64,000 bases of DNA from an uncultured Christensenella sp. (GTDB lineage Bacteria; Bacillota; Clostridia; Christensenellales; CAG-138). A program made the position numbers and the translations under genes. The DNA lies in the NCBI GenBank assembly GCA_964383635.1, contig CAYLIG010000006.1:145458-209457 (forward strand). The letters are read 5' to 3'. The notes beneath the pieces were generated by a model. It worked only from the letters and a program-made list of their open reading frames with translations, was not told the DNA's origin and searched no databases. The number at the start of each line of letters is the position of its first letter. Within the stretch, counting starts at the first letter, position 1. Of the stretch, positions 8,884 through 18,787 are shown one piece after another.

Positions 8884-10254
8884 TTAGGCTGGTTCCGTCT
8901 CCCGCGGGCGTGTGCGCCGCCGCAGCGACTCCATGATCGGCACGAGAAACGCGGCGACGATTCCGGCCGAAAAGCCGGTGTTGTAGAGATTCATGCCGCC
9001 GTGCAAAACGCCCGAACAGAGCGCGACGGAGGAGTTGAGAAATCCGGCCACAACGCCCCACGCCCAGCCGTAATACCCCGCAATCGGCGCAAGGCACGTG
9101 CCGAACAGCGCCGCGAGCAGCACGGACGGATCGTTGATGTTCCAAACCTTCGTCAGGCTGGCAAACACCGCGCCAAAGAGCACGGGGATGACGTTTCTTG
9201 CGTGCTTGCCCGCCGCGCCGAACCCTGCGATGGTTAGGATGCCGCCGATGGTCGGGCCGTTGAGCGGGCCGCGCACGAGCAGCACGTATGCCGTCGCGAT
9301 CAGGCCGTTCAGACCCATGTTGAACAGCGCCGCGCCGATGCCGCCGACCTTGGCAAAATCCTCGCACGACTGGCCGGTTTCGGCAAAGATGCATCGCATG
9401 GAGCGAACGATTTCGCGGGACGAAGCAAGTCCCGTCAGCATGAGAAACAGAAACAGCAGAACCAGAAAGCCCAGAAACAGTCCGTCGTTTTCCGTGCTCC
9501 AGATGAGATTAAACCCCGCCTGATAACCATAGGATTTTAACAGCGAAACGATCACCGTGCCAAGGATGCCCGCCGTAAAGCCGACGTTGTAGAGGCTGAA
9601 GCCTTTGTGCACGTTTTTCAGATGCGCGGCAAGCGGGGCGATGACAAGCCCGACGACAAGGCCGATTCCCATGCCAAGCGGTATGCCAGTGCGCCCGGGC
9701 AGGTGCAGCACGAACGCGCACTCCGTAACGACGGGCGCGAGACTCGTTGCAAACAGCGCGGTGTGGATATGCGTCCGAAACGGTTCGCGGCGCAGGCGCG
9801 CATAGAGCCAGGTTCCAAATATAATCGGCCAGACGTTGAATATGTTTTTGCCAAAGAGGCCAAAGCTGCCCATCAGGAAGATCGCGATGGTCGACAGCCC
9901 CGAAAACGGCGTATGGAACAGCAGCAGCAGCGACACGGCAACGAGCATCAAAAGCCCCGCGTTAACAAACGCGGGGCCGACGCCGCCAAGCGCAACATAG
10001 TCCGTAATTAAAACGCCGGAAAAGCGAATGATGCGCCATAAGCCTTCCATCAGCTCGGCAAGCGTGGTCTGCGTCAGACCAAAGGCGATCATCAACAGCG
10101 CAACGCACGCCATCACGCCATAGGAAAAGGCGTCGGCGTACCATCCGGGGATTGTCATTGCAGAAATTTGGATACGTCCGCCGGAGAGTTCGGCGGGCGA
10201 GCGATCCGAGATTGAATTCGGAGCAGCTCGGCGAGGGCGTGTCAGCCTGGTCAT
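8884..10254 (-). CDS. DUF1576-family polytopic membrane protein
   Basis: About 10 predicted TM segments and a Gly-rich membrane core. The family call is from memory of DUF1576 proteins. The strong RBS gggaggg is 5 nt upstream of the ATG at 10254; alternative starts are 10158 and 10389. Confidence 0.65.
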   Translation of the reverse strand: MTRLTRPRRAAPNSISDRSPAELSGGRIQISAMTIPGWYADAFSYGVMACVALLMIAFGLTQTTLAELMEGLWRIIRFSGVLITDYVALGGVGPAFVNAGLLMLVAVSLLLLFHTPFSGLSTIAIFLMGSFGLFGKNIFNVWPIIFGTWLYARLRREPFRTHIHTALFATSLAPVVTECAFVLHLPGRTGIPLGMGIGLVVGLVIAPLAAHLKNVHKGFSLYNVGFTAGILGTVIVSLLKSYGYQAGFNLIWSTENDGLFLGFLVLLFLFLMLTGLASSREIVRSMRCIFAETGQSCEDFAKVGGIGAALFNMGLNGLIATAYVLLVRGPLNGPTIGGILTIAGFGAAGKHARNVIPVLFGAVFASLTKVWNINDPSVLLAALFGTCLAPIAGYYGWAWGVVAGFLNSSVALCSGVLHGGMNLYNTGFSAGIVAAFLVPIMESLRRRTRPRETEPA

Positions 10255-10559
10255 GGTATCCCTCCCATTCGGTCGTTTGGGGATATCAGCACGGGTTGCA
10301 TCAGTCAGATTCAGCGGCGGGATCGCCGTCGGGTTGGACGTGATCCGCATGTAACGTTCGTCGTTGAGTTTGACCCGCTCGTTCGTCATGGGTTGTTCCG
10401 ATATGCAGTTGTCGAAGTCTCTGGTTTGATCATATCATGCCATAAGGCAGGGACACCAGAAAAACATTTGAAAAGCTTAACAGATGTTTGTTTTGTTTTC
10501 ACCTGTTCGTTGTTTGATCTTCATTTGCCGTGCAATCCGTTCCGACCGCGGCGCCGCGC

Positions 10560-12209
10560 TCACGCGTCCGCCCGGGCGGAAGCGCAGGGGGACGCAAGCG
10601 CGCGATCGATGCTCCAGAACACATTGCTTTCGCCGATGAGCGCGAGAATGCCGCTGCGCTCCATGGTGATTCGCGTTTCGGAGGAGAGTCCGCAGCAGCC
10701 GACGCGCACGCCGCGCTTCTGGAGCGCAAGCACAACGCCCTCAAACGCCTGCGCGCAGGAAACGTCGATATAGGACACCCCGCGCATGGAGAAAAACACA
10801 ACGTCGCAGTCCGCCGGAATTCCCGCGGGAATGGCCTCTACCGCGCCGGTGTTGGCAAAGATCATCGCGCCCGCAATATAGACGACCCGCGCGTTGCCAA
10901 AATGACGGCAGATCGCTTCCCCGTCGGCAGAGACCCGGCTTGCGTCGACCGCCTCGGTATTGATTTCCAGCCGGGAGAGTCTTCGCACGAGCAGCAGCAG
11001 CGCTAAAAGCACGCCAAGCGCAATCGCCGTTGTCAGATCGAAAATCACCGTTGCTGCCATCGTGACGAAATACTTCAGGATTGCGCCCTTGAACTTGCGC
11101 GAAAACATATAGCGAATGGCGGGCCATTCATTCATGCGAAACGCGGTGACCATCAGCACACCCGCAAGCGCGGAAAGCGGAATAGCCGACATCACGGGCG
11201 AGAGCAAAAACATGGAAACGACAAGCACCAGCGCATGCACAATGCTGGTCAGCCGCGTGACCGCCCCGCTCTTGACCGCGACGCTGGTGCGCGCAATTGC
11301 GGCGGTTGCCGGAATGCCGCCGAAGAAGGGCAGAACGATGTTGCCGATTCCCTGCGCAACCAGCTCCTGATCGCTGTTGAACGACTTTCCGGTCATGCGC
11401 GACGCGCTGGAGCCGCAAAGCAGGCTCTCGATCATGCCCAGCATGGCGATGCTGAAAGCGGGAGACAACAGGCGCGTCAGCGTATGCGCGTCGATCTGCA
11501 GAAGATTCAGCCGCTCGGTGGGCAGCAGCGTCTTTGGAATTTCTCCGACGCGCGCGATGTCAAGCCCTAACAGCGACGCCGCCGCCGTTGCCAGAACGAT
11601 TGCAACCAGCGAGCCGGGAACGAGCGCGTTCCATTTTTTCGGATATACGACCATGAACAATATCACGGCAAGTCCGATGCAGACCGCCTGAATATTCGGA
11701 GTAAACCCCAGAGAAAAATAGCTGCCGACGCGCTCGACGACGTCCTCGCCCACAGACTTCACGCCAAAGAAATTGTCCAGCTGCCCCGCCGCAATCAGAA
11801 TGGAAATACCGGAGGTAAAGCCCGTGATCACAGGGGCGGGGATGTAGCTTGTGAGTTTGCCAAGCCGCAGCACGCCCGCAAGCAGCAGGAACACGCCCGC
11901 AAGCAGCGTCGCGATAAACACGCCCTGCATCTGATATTTCGCCACAATGGAGACCAAAATTGCCGCCATCGCGCCCGTCGGCCCGGAAATCTGATAAAAC
12001 GCGCCGGAGAGCGAGCCGATGACGACGCCGGCGATGATCGCGGTGATAAGTCCCGCCGCCGCGTCGGCCCCGCTGCTGACGCCAAACGCAAGCGCAAGCG
12101 GCAGCGCAACTGCGGCAACGGTTACGCCCGCCATGATATCTTTGGAAAAGGATTTTGCGCCGTAACCGGAAAATTCCCGCTTCAGTCCTAAAAAAAAGCT
12201 CCGAATCAT
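10560..12209 (-). CDS. SulP-family anion transporter with C-terminal STAS domain
   Basis: SulP signature region (ALPLALAFGVSSGA, GIGNIVLPFFGGIPATAAIARTSV) plus a STAS-like C-terminus. Confidence 0.9.
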   Translation of the reverse strand: MIRSFFLGLKREFSGYGAKSFSKDIMAGVTVAAVALPLALAFGVSSGADAAAGLITAIIAGVVIGSLSGAFYQISGPTGAMAAILVSIVAKYQMQGVFIATLLAGVFLLLAGVLRLGKLTSYIPAPVITGFTSGISILIAAGQLDNFFGVKSVGEDVVERVGSYFSLGFTPNIQAVCIGLAVILFMVVYPKKWNALVPGSLVAIVLATAAASLLGLDIARVGEIPKTLLPTERLNLLQIDAHTLTRLLSPAFSIAMLGMIESLLCGSSASRMTGKSFNSDQELVAQGIGNIVLPFFGGIPATAAIARTSVAVKSGAVTRLTSIVHALVLVVSMFLLSPVMSAIPLSALAGVLMVTAFRMNEWPAIRYMFSRKFKGAILKYFVTMAATVIFDLTTAIALGVLLALLLLVRRLSRLEINTEAVDASRVSADGEAICRHFGNARVVYIAGAMIFANTGAVEAIPAGIPADCDVVFFSMRGVSYIDVSCAQAFEGVVLALQKRGVRVGCCGLSSETRITMERSGILALIGESNVFWSIDRALASPCASARADA

Positions 12210-12448
12210 GCTCGATGTTTCTACTCCCCAAAAAACAGATACCGTCGGCTAGTATACGCCTTTTCATATCCTACCGCAACAAGTGTTTTCAAAAGCTGGC
12301 CGCAAAAAAAGAAGCGATTTCTTTCTGCGCCTGTTCCCACCGGCAGCATACAAGAAAAGCGCTTCTCTATAGTTTGCGGTTCCATTTATCGGCCGGTCAT
12401 GAGAGACTCCTCGTCAACGCATGACGCCGATTTCATCGCGCCTGTATA

Positions 12449-13321
12449 TTACGGCGCTTTCCCGCCGCCCTGTCCCTGGCGGGGTTGTTGACCGTCCTGC
12501 CCGCCGCTGTCGCCTGAGGCGTCGTCCTGTCCCGCAGTCGGCTTGTCGGCAGAATGCTCGTTTGCGCCGTTGTTCGTTTTCTCCTCGTCCGCATGTCCTT
12601 TCGTCAGAGCGATGATCTCGCGGACGGGGCGATCAACCCAGTCCTCCGGGTCAAACGCGGCGCCCTCGCCGGACGACTCGCCGAGCTTTTCGATGAGATA
12701 GAGCTTTCCGGCGCTGGTTCCGAGCTCGTGCGCGGCGCTGACGTCCCCGCGCGTAACGGCGGCGGAATATACCGTCAGTCCGTTCTGCTGCTCAACGCGC
12801 GCGCTCAGCCGTTCGGTCAGCCGCTCCGCATGCTGCGCGCTGTAGGACGAGGCGGAGAGCATCACGTCGTTTTCAGTCGCTTCGGTAAGATAACCGCTTG
12901 CGCGAAGCACTGCGATTGTCGCGTCCACGGCCTCGTCCACGGGGCGGTTGCGAAGCGCTCGAACATCGATTTTTTCAAGGATTTGTCCGCCGTCTTCGTT
13001 GACGGCCGTCATGTCCAGCACGCGGTCGTAACAGTTGACCGAATATTCGATCGACGGGTTTACATCCAGACTCACGACGCCGACAGGCGTTACATAACTC
13101 GTGAATCCGCCGAGAAGCAGCAGCAGAAACCCGGCCGCCATAGAAGCAAGCGCGGTAATGCGCGCGCGTTTTCTCGCCGGTTTTTCTTTGCCGAGCAGCG
13201 AAATAGACTGTCCCAGCAGATAGCCTCTGTTTGGAATGCGCACAAACGTACCGTCCTGCGTCAGCGCCGCTACGGACGACCCGCGAATCTCAACGACAAT
13301 CGCGCGACCCTGCTCCTTCAT
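12449..13321 (-). CDS. rsgI: anti-sigma factor, RsgI-like (N-terminal RsgI domain, one TM, extracytoplasmic domain, Gly/Gln/Asp-rich tail)
   Basis: MKEQGRAIVVEIRGSSVAALTQDGTFVRIPNRGY matches the RsgI N-terminal domain pattern; TM segment ALASMAAGFLLLLLGGF. ATGA overlap with the sigI stop; RBS gggggaa. Confidence 0.75.
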   Translation of the reverse strand: MKEQGRAIVVEIRGSSVAALTQDGTFVRIPNRGYLLGQSISLLGKEKPARKRARITALASMAAGFLLLLLGGFTSYVTPVGVVSLDVNPSIEYSVNCYDRVLDMTAVNEDGGQILEKIDVRALRNRPVDEAVDATIAVLRASGYLTEATENDVMLSASSYSAQHAERLTERLSARVEQQNGLTVYSAAVTRGDVSAAHELGTSAGKLYLIEKLGESSGEGAAFDPEDWVDRPVREIIALTKGHADEEKTNNGANEHSADKPTAGQDDASGDSGGQDGQQPRQGQGGGKAP

Positions 13322-14076
13322 TTTCCATTCCCCCGTGTGCCTCGAATGTAACTCTTCAGCGCCGGATAATCCCCCGCGCGAATCACAACCGTTGCGATGA
13401 TGTATTTTCTGTATCGTTCGACCAGCTTTTTCGGCAGGCCGTATTGCCCGATCAGGCGTTTCGCCGGAAGCTGGCGCGTCCGCCGCAGTTGCCGGGTCAT
13501 CTCCTCCTGTGCGAGCACCGCCTCCGCCGCCTCGGCGCAGACCCGGCGGGAGCTTTCGCGGCTGGGCGAACACTCCGTCAGGTCAAAAAAGCTGAAGCCG
13601 TATTGCCTAAGTTCCGCGTTCGCGGCGACGATCTCGTCCTGCAGCGAACGATCCGCCAGCCGGACGCTCGTCTGCGCCACCGCCGCGCCAACGGCACCGT
13701 GCGTGTCGTCTTCCGCGCCGCCGTCGAATGCGTCCGGCGGAACGGAGAACTCCTGCGTTCGCTTTGCCTCCGCGCGGTATGCGTCGATGAGGCTTCGCTT
13801 CACCAGCGTTTCGGCATACGGCATGAACGCGCCTTTCTCCGGCCGATAAGTATCGATGGCGTGCGAAAACGCACACAATGCAATCGACCATTCGTCGTCG
13901 CTCTTCGTCACAAAGCGGTGCTTTGCGCGGGATGCGATCCTGAGAATGTTCTGTTCCTGCCGGGTGATGAATTCTTCACGCGCCCGTTCGTCCTTCGCCG
14001 CACGAAGGGCGAGCGCCGAGTCGTCGTACCCCATGCCGATCGGTTGGTTCGTCTCCTGTCTTTCGTTTGTTCGCAT
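13318..14076 (-). CDS. sigI: sigma-70-family sigma factor, SigI-like
   Basis: Region FVTKSDDEWSIALCAFSHAIDTYRPEKGAFMPYAETLVKRSLIDAYR parallels B. subtilis SigI (DDEFSIGLIAFNEAIEKYSPEKG...). The start at 14076 is uncertain (weak RBS). Confidence 0.75.
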   Translation of the reverse strand: MRTNERQETNQPIGMGYDDSALALRAAKDERAREEFITRQEQNILRIASRAKHRFVTKSDDEWSIALCAFSHAIDTYRPEKGAFMPYAETLVKRSLIDAYRAEAKRTQEFSVPPDAFDGGAEDDTHGAVGAAVAQTSVRLADRSLQDEIVAANAELRQYGFSFFDLTECSPSRESSRRVCAEAAEAVLAQEEMTRQLRRTRQLPAKRLIGQYGLPKKLVERYRKYIIATVVIRAGDYPALKSYIRGTRGNGK

Positions 14077-14086
14077 GATCGTTTGC

Positions 14087-14150
14087 GGGTCACGGGGGGA
14101 TTTTCCCCCGCGACCCCATCGTATCACGAGCCTGTGATTATCGTATCACG
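14087..14150 (-). promoter_or_regulatory. GC-rich hairpin (14087-14116) plus two 11-nt direct repeats (14118-14128, 14140-14150) just upstream of sigI
   Basis: Stem gggtcacggggg / cccccgcgaccc with one mismatch, ending about 10 nt before the sigI ATG. ATCGTATCACG occurs twice with a 22-nt period. Function unknown. Confidence 0.3.
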
Positions 14151-14159
14151 GGCTGGCGA

Positions 14160-15299
14160 TTATTGAAAGAGCGAGCCAAGCCACTGGAAAAACGCGGCAA
14201 ATAGTCCGCCCGATGCGTCGGAAGCGCTGTCGTTCTCATCCGCGATCACGCGCATCTGGTATTCAGCACCGTCCTGCTGCTGATACATCGTCTGCACCGC
14301 AAACCCGGCGTTTTCCATCGCGGTCTTCAGCGCATCCGCCGCGGCCTTTGTCGCGTCGCTCAGCGCGGACATCTCCTGTTTGGTCAGCGCGTTGGCGTCG
14401 GCTCCCTGCTCGGCGGTATAGGCGGCCTGATACGCTTCCATCAACTGCGTCAGCACTCCCTTATTCTCGTCCGAATCGTCCATGCCCGCGATCTGCGCGG
14501 ATATTGCCTCCATGTTCATCACGGTGTTGCCGTAGGCATAGCCATCGACCAGCTGGCCGCGGCCCGCGCCGTTGGTGATTCCGGCATCTTTCGTCGCCTC
14601 AAGCAGCGCCTGTTCGGCGGCTTTCGTCGCGTCGCTCAACGCCTTGAGCTCGGCCTGCGTCAGCGAAGCATCCGCATTCTGTTCCGCGGCAAGCGCTTCC
14701 TGATATGCGCTTAAGAGCGTGTTCAGCGCGGCTTTGTTCTCGTCCGAGTCGTCCAGCGCGGCGATGGCCGCGGCGATGTTTGTCGTATCGAGCACAGGCC
14801 GGTTACTGTTGCTGCGTCCCGTGCCATCCTGGGCTTCTTCCGGTACGCCGTAGAGCGTGTCGGTCGAAATTCCCGCCGCTTCCAGCGCGGCGTCCAGCGC
14901 GGCTTTCGCCGCCGTGACGGCGTCGCTCAGCGTATTGAGGTCGTCGGTTTCCTTCGCCTCGATCGCTGACTGCCGTGCGTCAAACGCGGCCACATAGGCG
15001 TCCAGCAGCGCGGTAAGGCTCGCCTTTACGTCCTCGTCCGTCAGCGCGGCGATGGCCTCTGCAATTTTGTCAACATTTAAACCGGTCATCTCCGCATTGC
15101 GTTCGCCGTTACGGTTGCCCGGCTTGGTGTCGGACGTTGTCTGATCGCTCTGGTTGGGGCGATTGTCGTTTTTCCCGTTGTCGGCCAGCGCGGTCGTGCT
15201 GAACGCAAGCGTCAAGAGAAGCGCGATCACGATCGCAAGGGTTCGCCTGGCGCGTCTGTGCAATCCGCCTGCGCGCCTTTTGGTTTGATTTTCCATCAT
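14160..15299 (-). CDS. secreted Ala-rich helical repeat protein (three ~90-aa repeats)
   Basis: Signal peptide RRTLAIVIALLLTLAFSTTALA. Three repeats of I(A/S)AxIAxxDDSDENKxxLxxLxxAYxxAxxAEQ...LSDATKAAxxAL. RBS aggag. Confidence 0.7.
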   Translation of the reverse strand: MMENQTKRRAGGLHRRARRTLAIVIALLLTLAFSTTALADNGKNDNRPNQSDQTTSDTKPGNRNGERNAEMTGLNVDKIAEAIAALTDEDVKASLTALLDAYVAAFDARQSAIEAKETDDLNTLSDAVTAAKAALDAALEAAGISTDTLYGVPEEAQDGTGRSNSNRPVLDTTNIAAAIAALDDSDENKAALNTLLSAYQEALAAEQNADASLTQAELKALSDATKAAEQALLEATKDAGITNGAGRGQLVDGYAYGNTVMNMEAISAQIAGMDDSDENKGVLTQLMEAYQAAYTAEQGADANALTKQEMSALSDATKAAADALKTAMENAGFAVQTMYQQQDGAEYQMRVIADENDSASDASGGLFAAFFQWLGSLFQ

Positions 15300-15462
15300 G
15301 CTATATGATCTCCTGTCTTTGAGATTGCGCCGGACTGTTTCCGGACATTACTTTACTACGACTTTACCGCCGAAAAATCGGGGGCCAAATTCGAATTTCC
15401 AAGAGAGTTCATGTTATCTTCACATTTCATGACAGAGTTGCATCGCTTTTTATGTTTGACAC

Positions 15463-15496
15463 ATAAAAAACCTCCGATTGCCATCAATCGGAGGTT
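15463..15496 (-). terminator. intrinsic terminator at the end of the fucI operon
   Basis: 12-bp stem aacctccgattg / caatcggaggtt with a 4-nt loop; U-run on the minus transcript (forward aaaaaa at 15465-15470). Confidence 0.8.
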
Positions 15497-15532
15497 GGCG
15501 GGTGTCTGATAACCGCCGGATGCGCGGATTCC

Positions 15533-16792
15533 TTATTTTTGCAGCTTGCCAAGCAGATATTGTTCCGCTTCGGCGTTCCAGAGGTTGTTATGCGCTTTTA
15601 CGAGTTTGTCGAGCTCCGCGAACATCGGCTCGGTCTTGCCCTGTTCGGCAAAGTCCGCAATCGCGGTCAGCGGCATGTCGATCTGCGTGTAGATCAGCTT
15701 CTTGCCGCCGGGGATCTTCGGCAGGTTCGTCGTCGTCTCCACCACGCAGTCCAGGCCGCCGATGTGCGTGATCATCGCCGCGGGGTTTAATAGCCCCTTG
15801 TTCATCATGACGATCGCCTCGCGCATATCGTCCGTGTTGCCGTGGCTCGTCGCGGCAACGTGCGTACGGTTGTAGTGCACGTTGTAGAAGTTCATCGTCG
15901 CGGAAAACTCCGTGTTGCCGGGGCCCGCGAAGAAGTTCAGGCAGCCGTCCACCGCGAGGATCGCGTCGCCCTGCTCAACCACCGGCTTGACCGGCGCAAA
16001 GCAGATCACGTCGTCAAACCCCGCGCCGCCGGAAATCGTCCTGAGCGTTTCGACCGGATTTTCCACCTTGCCGGTGTTAACATAGTGCAGCTCGACGCCG
16101 CACTCCTTCGCGTGCGCAATTGTATAGATGCTCTCCGCTCTGGCAAGGCGCGCGTCGTCGATGTCCGTCACGACGAGCAGGCTCGGCTTGCGGTCGCAGT
16201 GCAATGCGTAGTCGATCGCGCCGAGCCCCATCGGGCCCACGCCCGCGAGCAGCGCCATTTTGCCGCCTTCGACGATGCCCATATCGTGCGCATACACGCC
16301 GTCTCTGGTGTGATACATCGCGTGAAATGTCGCGATGATGCAGCTCATGGGTTCGGCCAGCGAGCCGTAGAAATAGACGTCGCTGTTGTAGGGCAGCAGG
16401 CAGTCCATGTGCAGCGTTTCCCAGGGGATGTTGACGTAGGTCGCGTCCCCGCCGCACTCTTTGTAGGAATACCCCGGCGCAAGCAGCGAGCCTTTGTAGG
16501 AATGCGCGGGCTGAATGACAAACCCGTCGCCTTTTTTGAACTTGTGCGCCCAGTTCTTGCCGACCTCGTCCACGATGCCGCAGAACTCGTGCCCGATGAT
16601 CGTCGGGTTTTCCGCAACGTCGTCGGGCACGCGCTTGTGAGACGCGCCCTGCTGCAGCGCCTTGTAGCTGGACATGCAGATGCTGTCCGACATCACCTTG
16701 CAGCGAACACCGTCGTCCCCCACGGGGCTTAGTTCAAACTCTTCCAGCCGGATATCGTGCGCGCCGTAGAGGCGAACCGCTCTTGTCTTCAT
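15533..16792 (-). CDS. Zn-dependent MDR-family dehydrogenase (sorbose-1-phosphate reductase-like)
   Basis: MKTRAVRLYGAHDIRLEEFEL..., Zn ligand region SDSICMSSYK / GHEFCG, Rossmann region LLAGVGPMGLG. The start lies 4 nt after the PHP gene stop. Confidence 0.85.
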   Translation of the reverse strand: MKTRAVRLYGAHDIRLEEFELSPVGDDGVRCKVMSDSICMSSYKALQQGASHKRVPDDVAENPTIIGHEFCGIVDEVGKNWAHKFKKGDGFVIQPAHSYKGSLLAPGYSYKECGGDATYVNIPWETLHMDCLLPYNSDVYFYGSLAEPMSCIIATFHAMYHTRDGVYAHDMGIVEGGKMALLAGVGPMGLGAIDYALHCDRKPSLLVVTDIDDARLARAESIYTIAHAKECGVELHYVNTGKVENPVETLRTISGGAGFDDVICFAPVKPVVEQGDAILAVDGCLNFFAGPGNTEFSATMNFYNVHYNRTHVAATSHGNTDDMREAIVMMNKGLLNPAAMITHIGGLDCVVETTTNLPKIPGGKKLIYTQIDMPLTAIADFAEQGKTEPMFAELDKLVKAHNNLWNAEAEQYLLGKLQK

Positions 16793-16796
16793 ATGG

Positions 16797-17915
16797 TTAT
16801 TCCCTTTCTCCGTTTTCATGCCGGATCAAATGCCAGGTACTGTCTATCAAGTTCGAGAATTGCTCTTCCCGCATTTTTTCTATCGTGAACTTCTGCCGCG
16901 GCGAATTGATGTCCTCCCCGCTGATCTGCAGCATGCCGTATTGTTCGCAGAGCTTTCGCAGGCGTTCGATCTGGGGTTGCGTGTTTCGCGTCGGCATATA
17001 CGTCACCGCGCGCACGCCCGCAGCATAGATGATGTCAAACAGCTCGTCGAGATAGTCGTCCTCAAATTTCTGCGCTTTCTTGTCGCCCGTTACGCTTTGG
17101 GTGACGTCGCCTAAATACGCATAGGCGAGAATGCCGTCCACCCCGGCGGCAAAACGGACAAACTCGCCCAGGCTCGGGCACTCGTCCGTCGCGTCGACAA
17201 ACACCTTCGGGATGCAGTCCTTTTTGAGCGATCCCACCAAGTCGTATTCCGCAAGCATGGTCGTCAGCTCGTCCGCGCCCTGCGGCAGGCTCGCCTTTCC
17301 CAGCGCAAGCAGCTGCTTTGCCAGCGCCAGCATCAGATGCCGCTCGGTCACGCTTCCGCCGTCGTTGTACTGCGAAAGCGGCAGCACGTCCCGCTCCAAA
17401 TCCAGCGCTACGCCGTCCGCCGCATAGAGCGCGTTGATGCGCTCGATCATCTTTCTGTTCCGCTCGTTTCGCTTTTCCCGTAGCGGCGCAAAGTACGCCT
17501 GAACCCGATCGATGTTTTCGTGCGGCACCGCGTGCAGCACCATATAGCTCACGCCGACCTGATCCGGGTTGTTCGTGCGCCGGTCCTTCAGCGGCGTTTC
17601 GGCAAACGACACGCGCGTCTCGATGCCGATGGTCGTCGGAATCCCGACGATCCTGCCCGCCTCGATGAACTCCTCCGCTCCGCCGATGCTGTCGTGATCC
17701 ACGATTCCGCAGGTGGCGAGGTCTTCCGCTCTTGCGGCGTAGACAGCGGCGCTGGGTGAATACGGCGAAAACGAATAGCTCGTGTGAATGTGGTTGTTGA
17801 CCATGCGAGGGTCAACGGGGATAAGCTTTGTCGTCTGCATAACGCTTTTCAGCGTTTGCAAACGTTCTTCTTTTGTTCCTGCGTTCAGAGAACGCAAAAG
17901 AGATAAATCTATCAT
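16797..17915 (-). CDS. PHP-domain metal-dependent phosphoesterase
   Basis: HIHTSYSFSPYSP ... GIVDHDS PHP motifs; ATGA overlap with the upstream SDR gene. Confidence 0.8.
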   Translation of the reverse strand: MIDLSLLRSLNAGTKEERLQTLKSVMQTTKLIPVDPRMVNNHIHTSYSFSPYSPSAAVYAARAEDLATCGIVDHDSIGGAEEFIEAGRIVGIPTTIGIETRVSFAETPLKDRRTNNPDQVGVSYMVLHAVPHENIDRVQAYFAPLREKRNERNRKMIERINALYAADGVALDLERDVLPLSQYNDGGSVTERHLMLALAKQLLALGKASLPQGADELTTMLAEYDLVGSLKKDCIPKVFVDATDECPSLGEFVRFAAGVDGILAYAYLGDVTQSVTGDKKAQKFEDDYLDELFDIIYAAGVRAVTYMPTRNTQPQIERLRKLCEQYGMLQISGEDINSPRQKFTIEKMREEQFSNLIDSTWHLIRHENGERE

Positions 17916-18787
17916 CTGAGCATCACCTGTCCGCCGGTCACCGGGATCGCCTGACCCGTTTCATAGGTCTGCTCCACGGCGTAGAAGATCGCCTTGGCGA
18001 CGTCGCAGGGCAGGCAGCCGCGCTTAATCAGCGATTTGCCCAGATAAAACTGTTTCACGTCGTCTATGGTTTGCGCGCCCGGCACCTTGCCCGCGCGCAG
18101 ATACTGCACAAACAGGCCGCGCTCGGGGTCGCTCCATAGCGGTCCGTCGTAATAGTTGCCCGGGCAGATCGCGTTGACCTTGATGTTGTACGGCGCAAGC
18201 TCCAGCGCGAAGCTCTGCACAAGCCCGATGCCGCCGAATTTTCCGCCCGCGTAGGCAAAATTCTTGTTGCTGCCTTCCAGGCCTGACTTGCTGTTGATCT
18301 CGATGATGTCGCCCATCCAGTCTGGGTCGGCCGCAAACTGCGCGCGCATGATCCGCTGCGCGTATTTCACGCAGGTGAAAAACGCTGTGTAGTTGATGCT
18401 CGTGACAAACTCGAAATCCTTCTTCTCCATCTCGTCCAGCGAACCCGCCTTGAGCACGCCGGCGTTGCTGACCAATAGATCCAGCCCGCCGAACGCGGTC
18501 ACACACGAGGCGATCATATTCGCCACGCTCTCCTCGCTGGAAACGTCCACCTTCACCGCGACCGCGCGCTCGCCGAGCGATTCGGCAACCGTCTTTGCCA
18601 GCGGCTCGTTGAGGTCGGCAATCACCACGCTCGCGCCCTCGCGGTAGAGTTCCTCCGCGATGCCTTTGCCGAAGCCCTGCGCGCTGCCGGTCACAATCGC
18701 GATCTTTCCGCCGAGCCGGCCCGCGGTCTGCTTGCGGTTTTTTACTTCTTGGGATGCGATCTGCTCCCATTTCGTCATATCGATCAT
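17912..18787 (-). CDS. SDR-family oxidoreductase
   Basis: GKIAIVTGSAQGFGKGIA (TGxxxGxG), NAG, and YAGGKFG (YxxxK region). ATGA overlap with the kinase stop at 18784-18787. Confidence 0.85.
   Translation of the reverse strand: MIDMTKWEQIASQEVKNRKQTAGRLGGKIAIVTGSAQGFGKGIAEELYREGASVVIADLNEPLAKTVAESLGERAVAVKVDVSSEESVANMIASCVTAFGGLDLLVSNAGVLKAGSLDEMEKKDFEFVTSINYTAFFTCVKYAQRIMRAQFAADPDWMGDIIEINSKSGLEGSNKNFAYAGGKFGGIGLVQSFALELAPYNIKVNAICPGNYYDGPLWSDPERGLFVQYLRAGKVPGAQTIDDVKQFYLGKSLIKRGCLPCDVAKAIFYAVEQTYETGQAIPVTGGQVMLR

Noticed and set aside
10255-10389. Track start at 10389 for the DUF1576 gene (45 extra N-terminal residues)
   Set aside because: There is no RBS at 10389, whereas gggaggg sits 5 nt upstream of the ATG at 10254. 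The extension is hydrophilic and atypical for the family.
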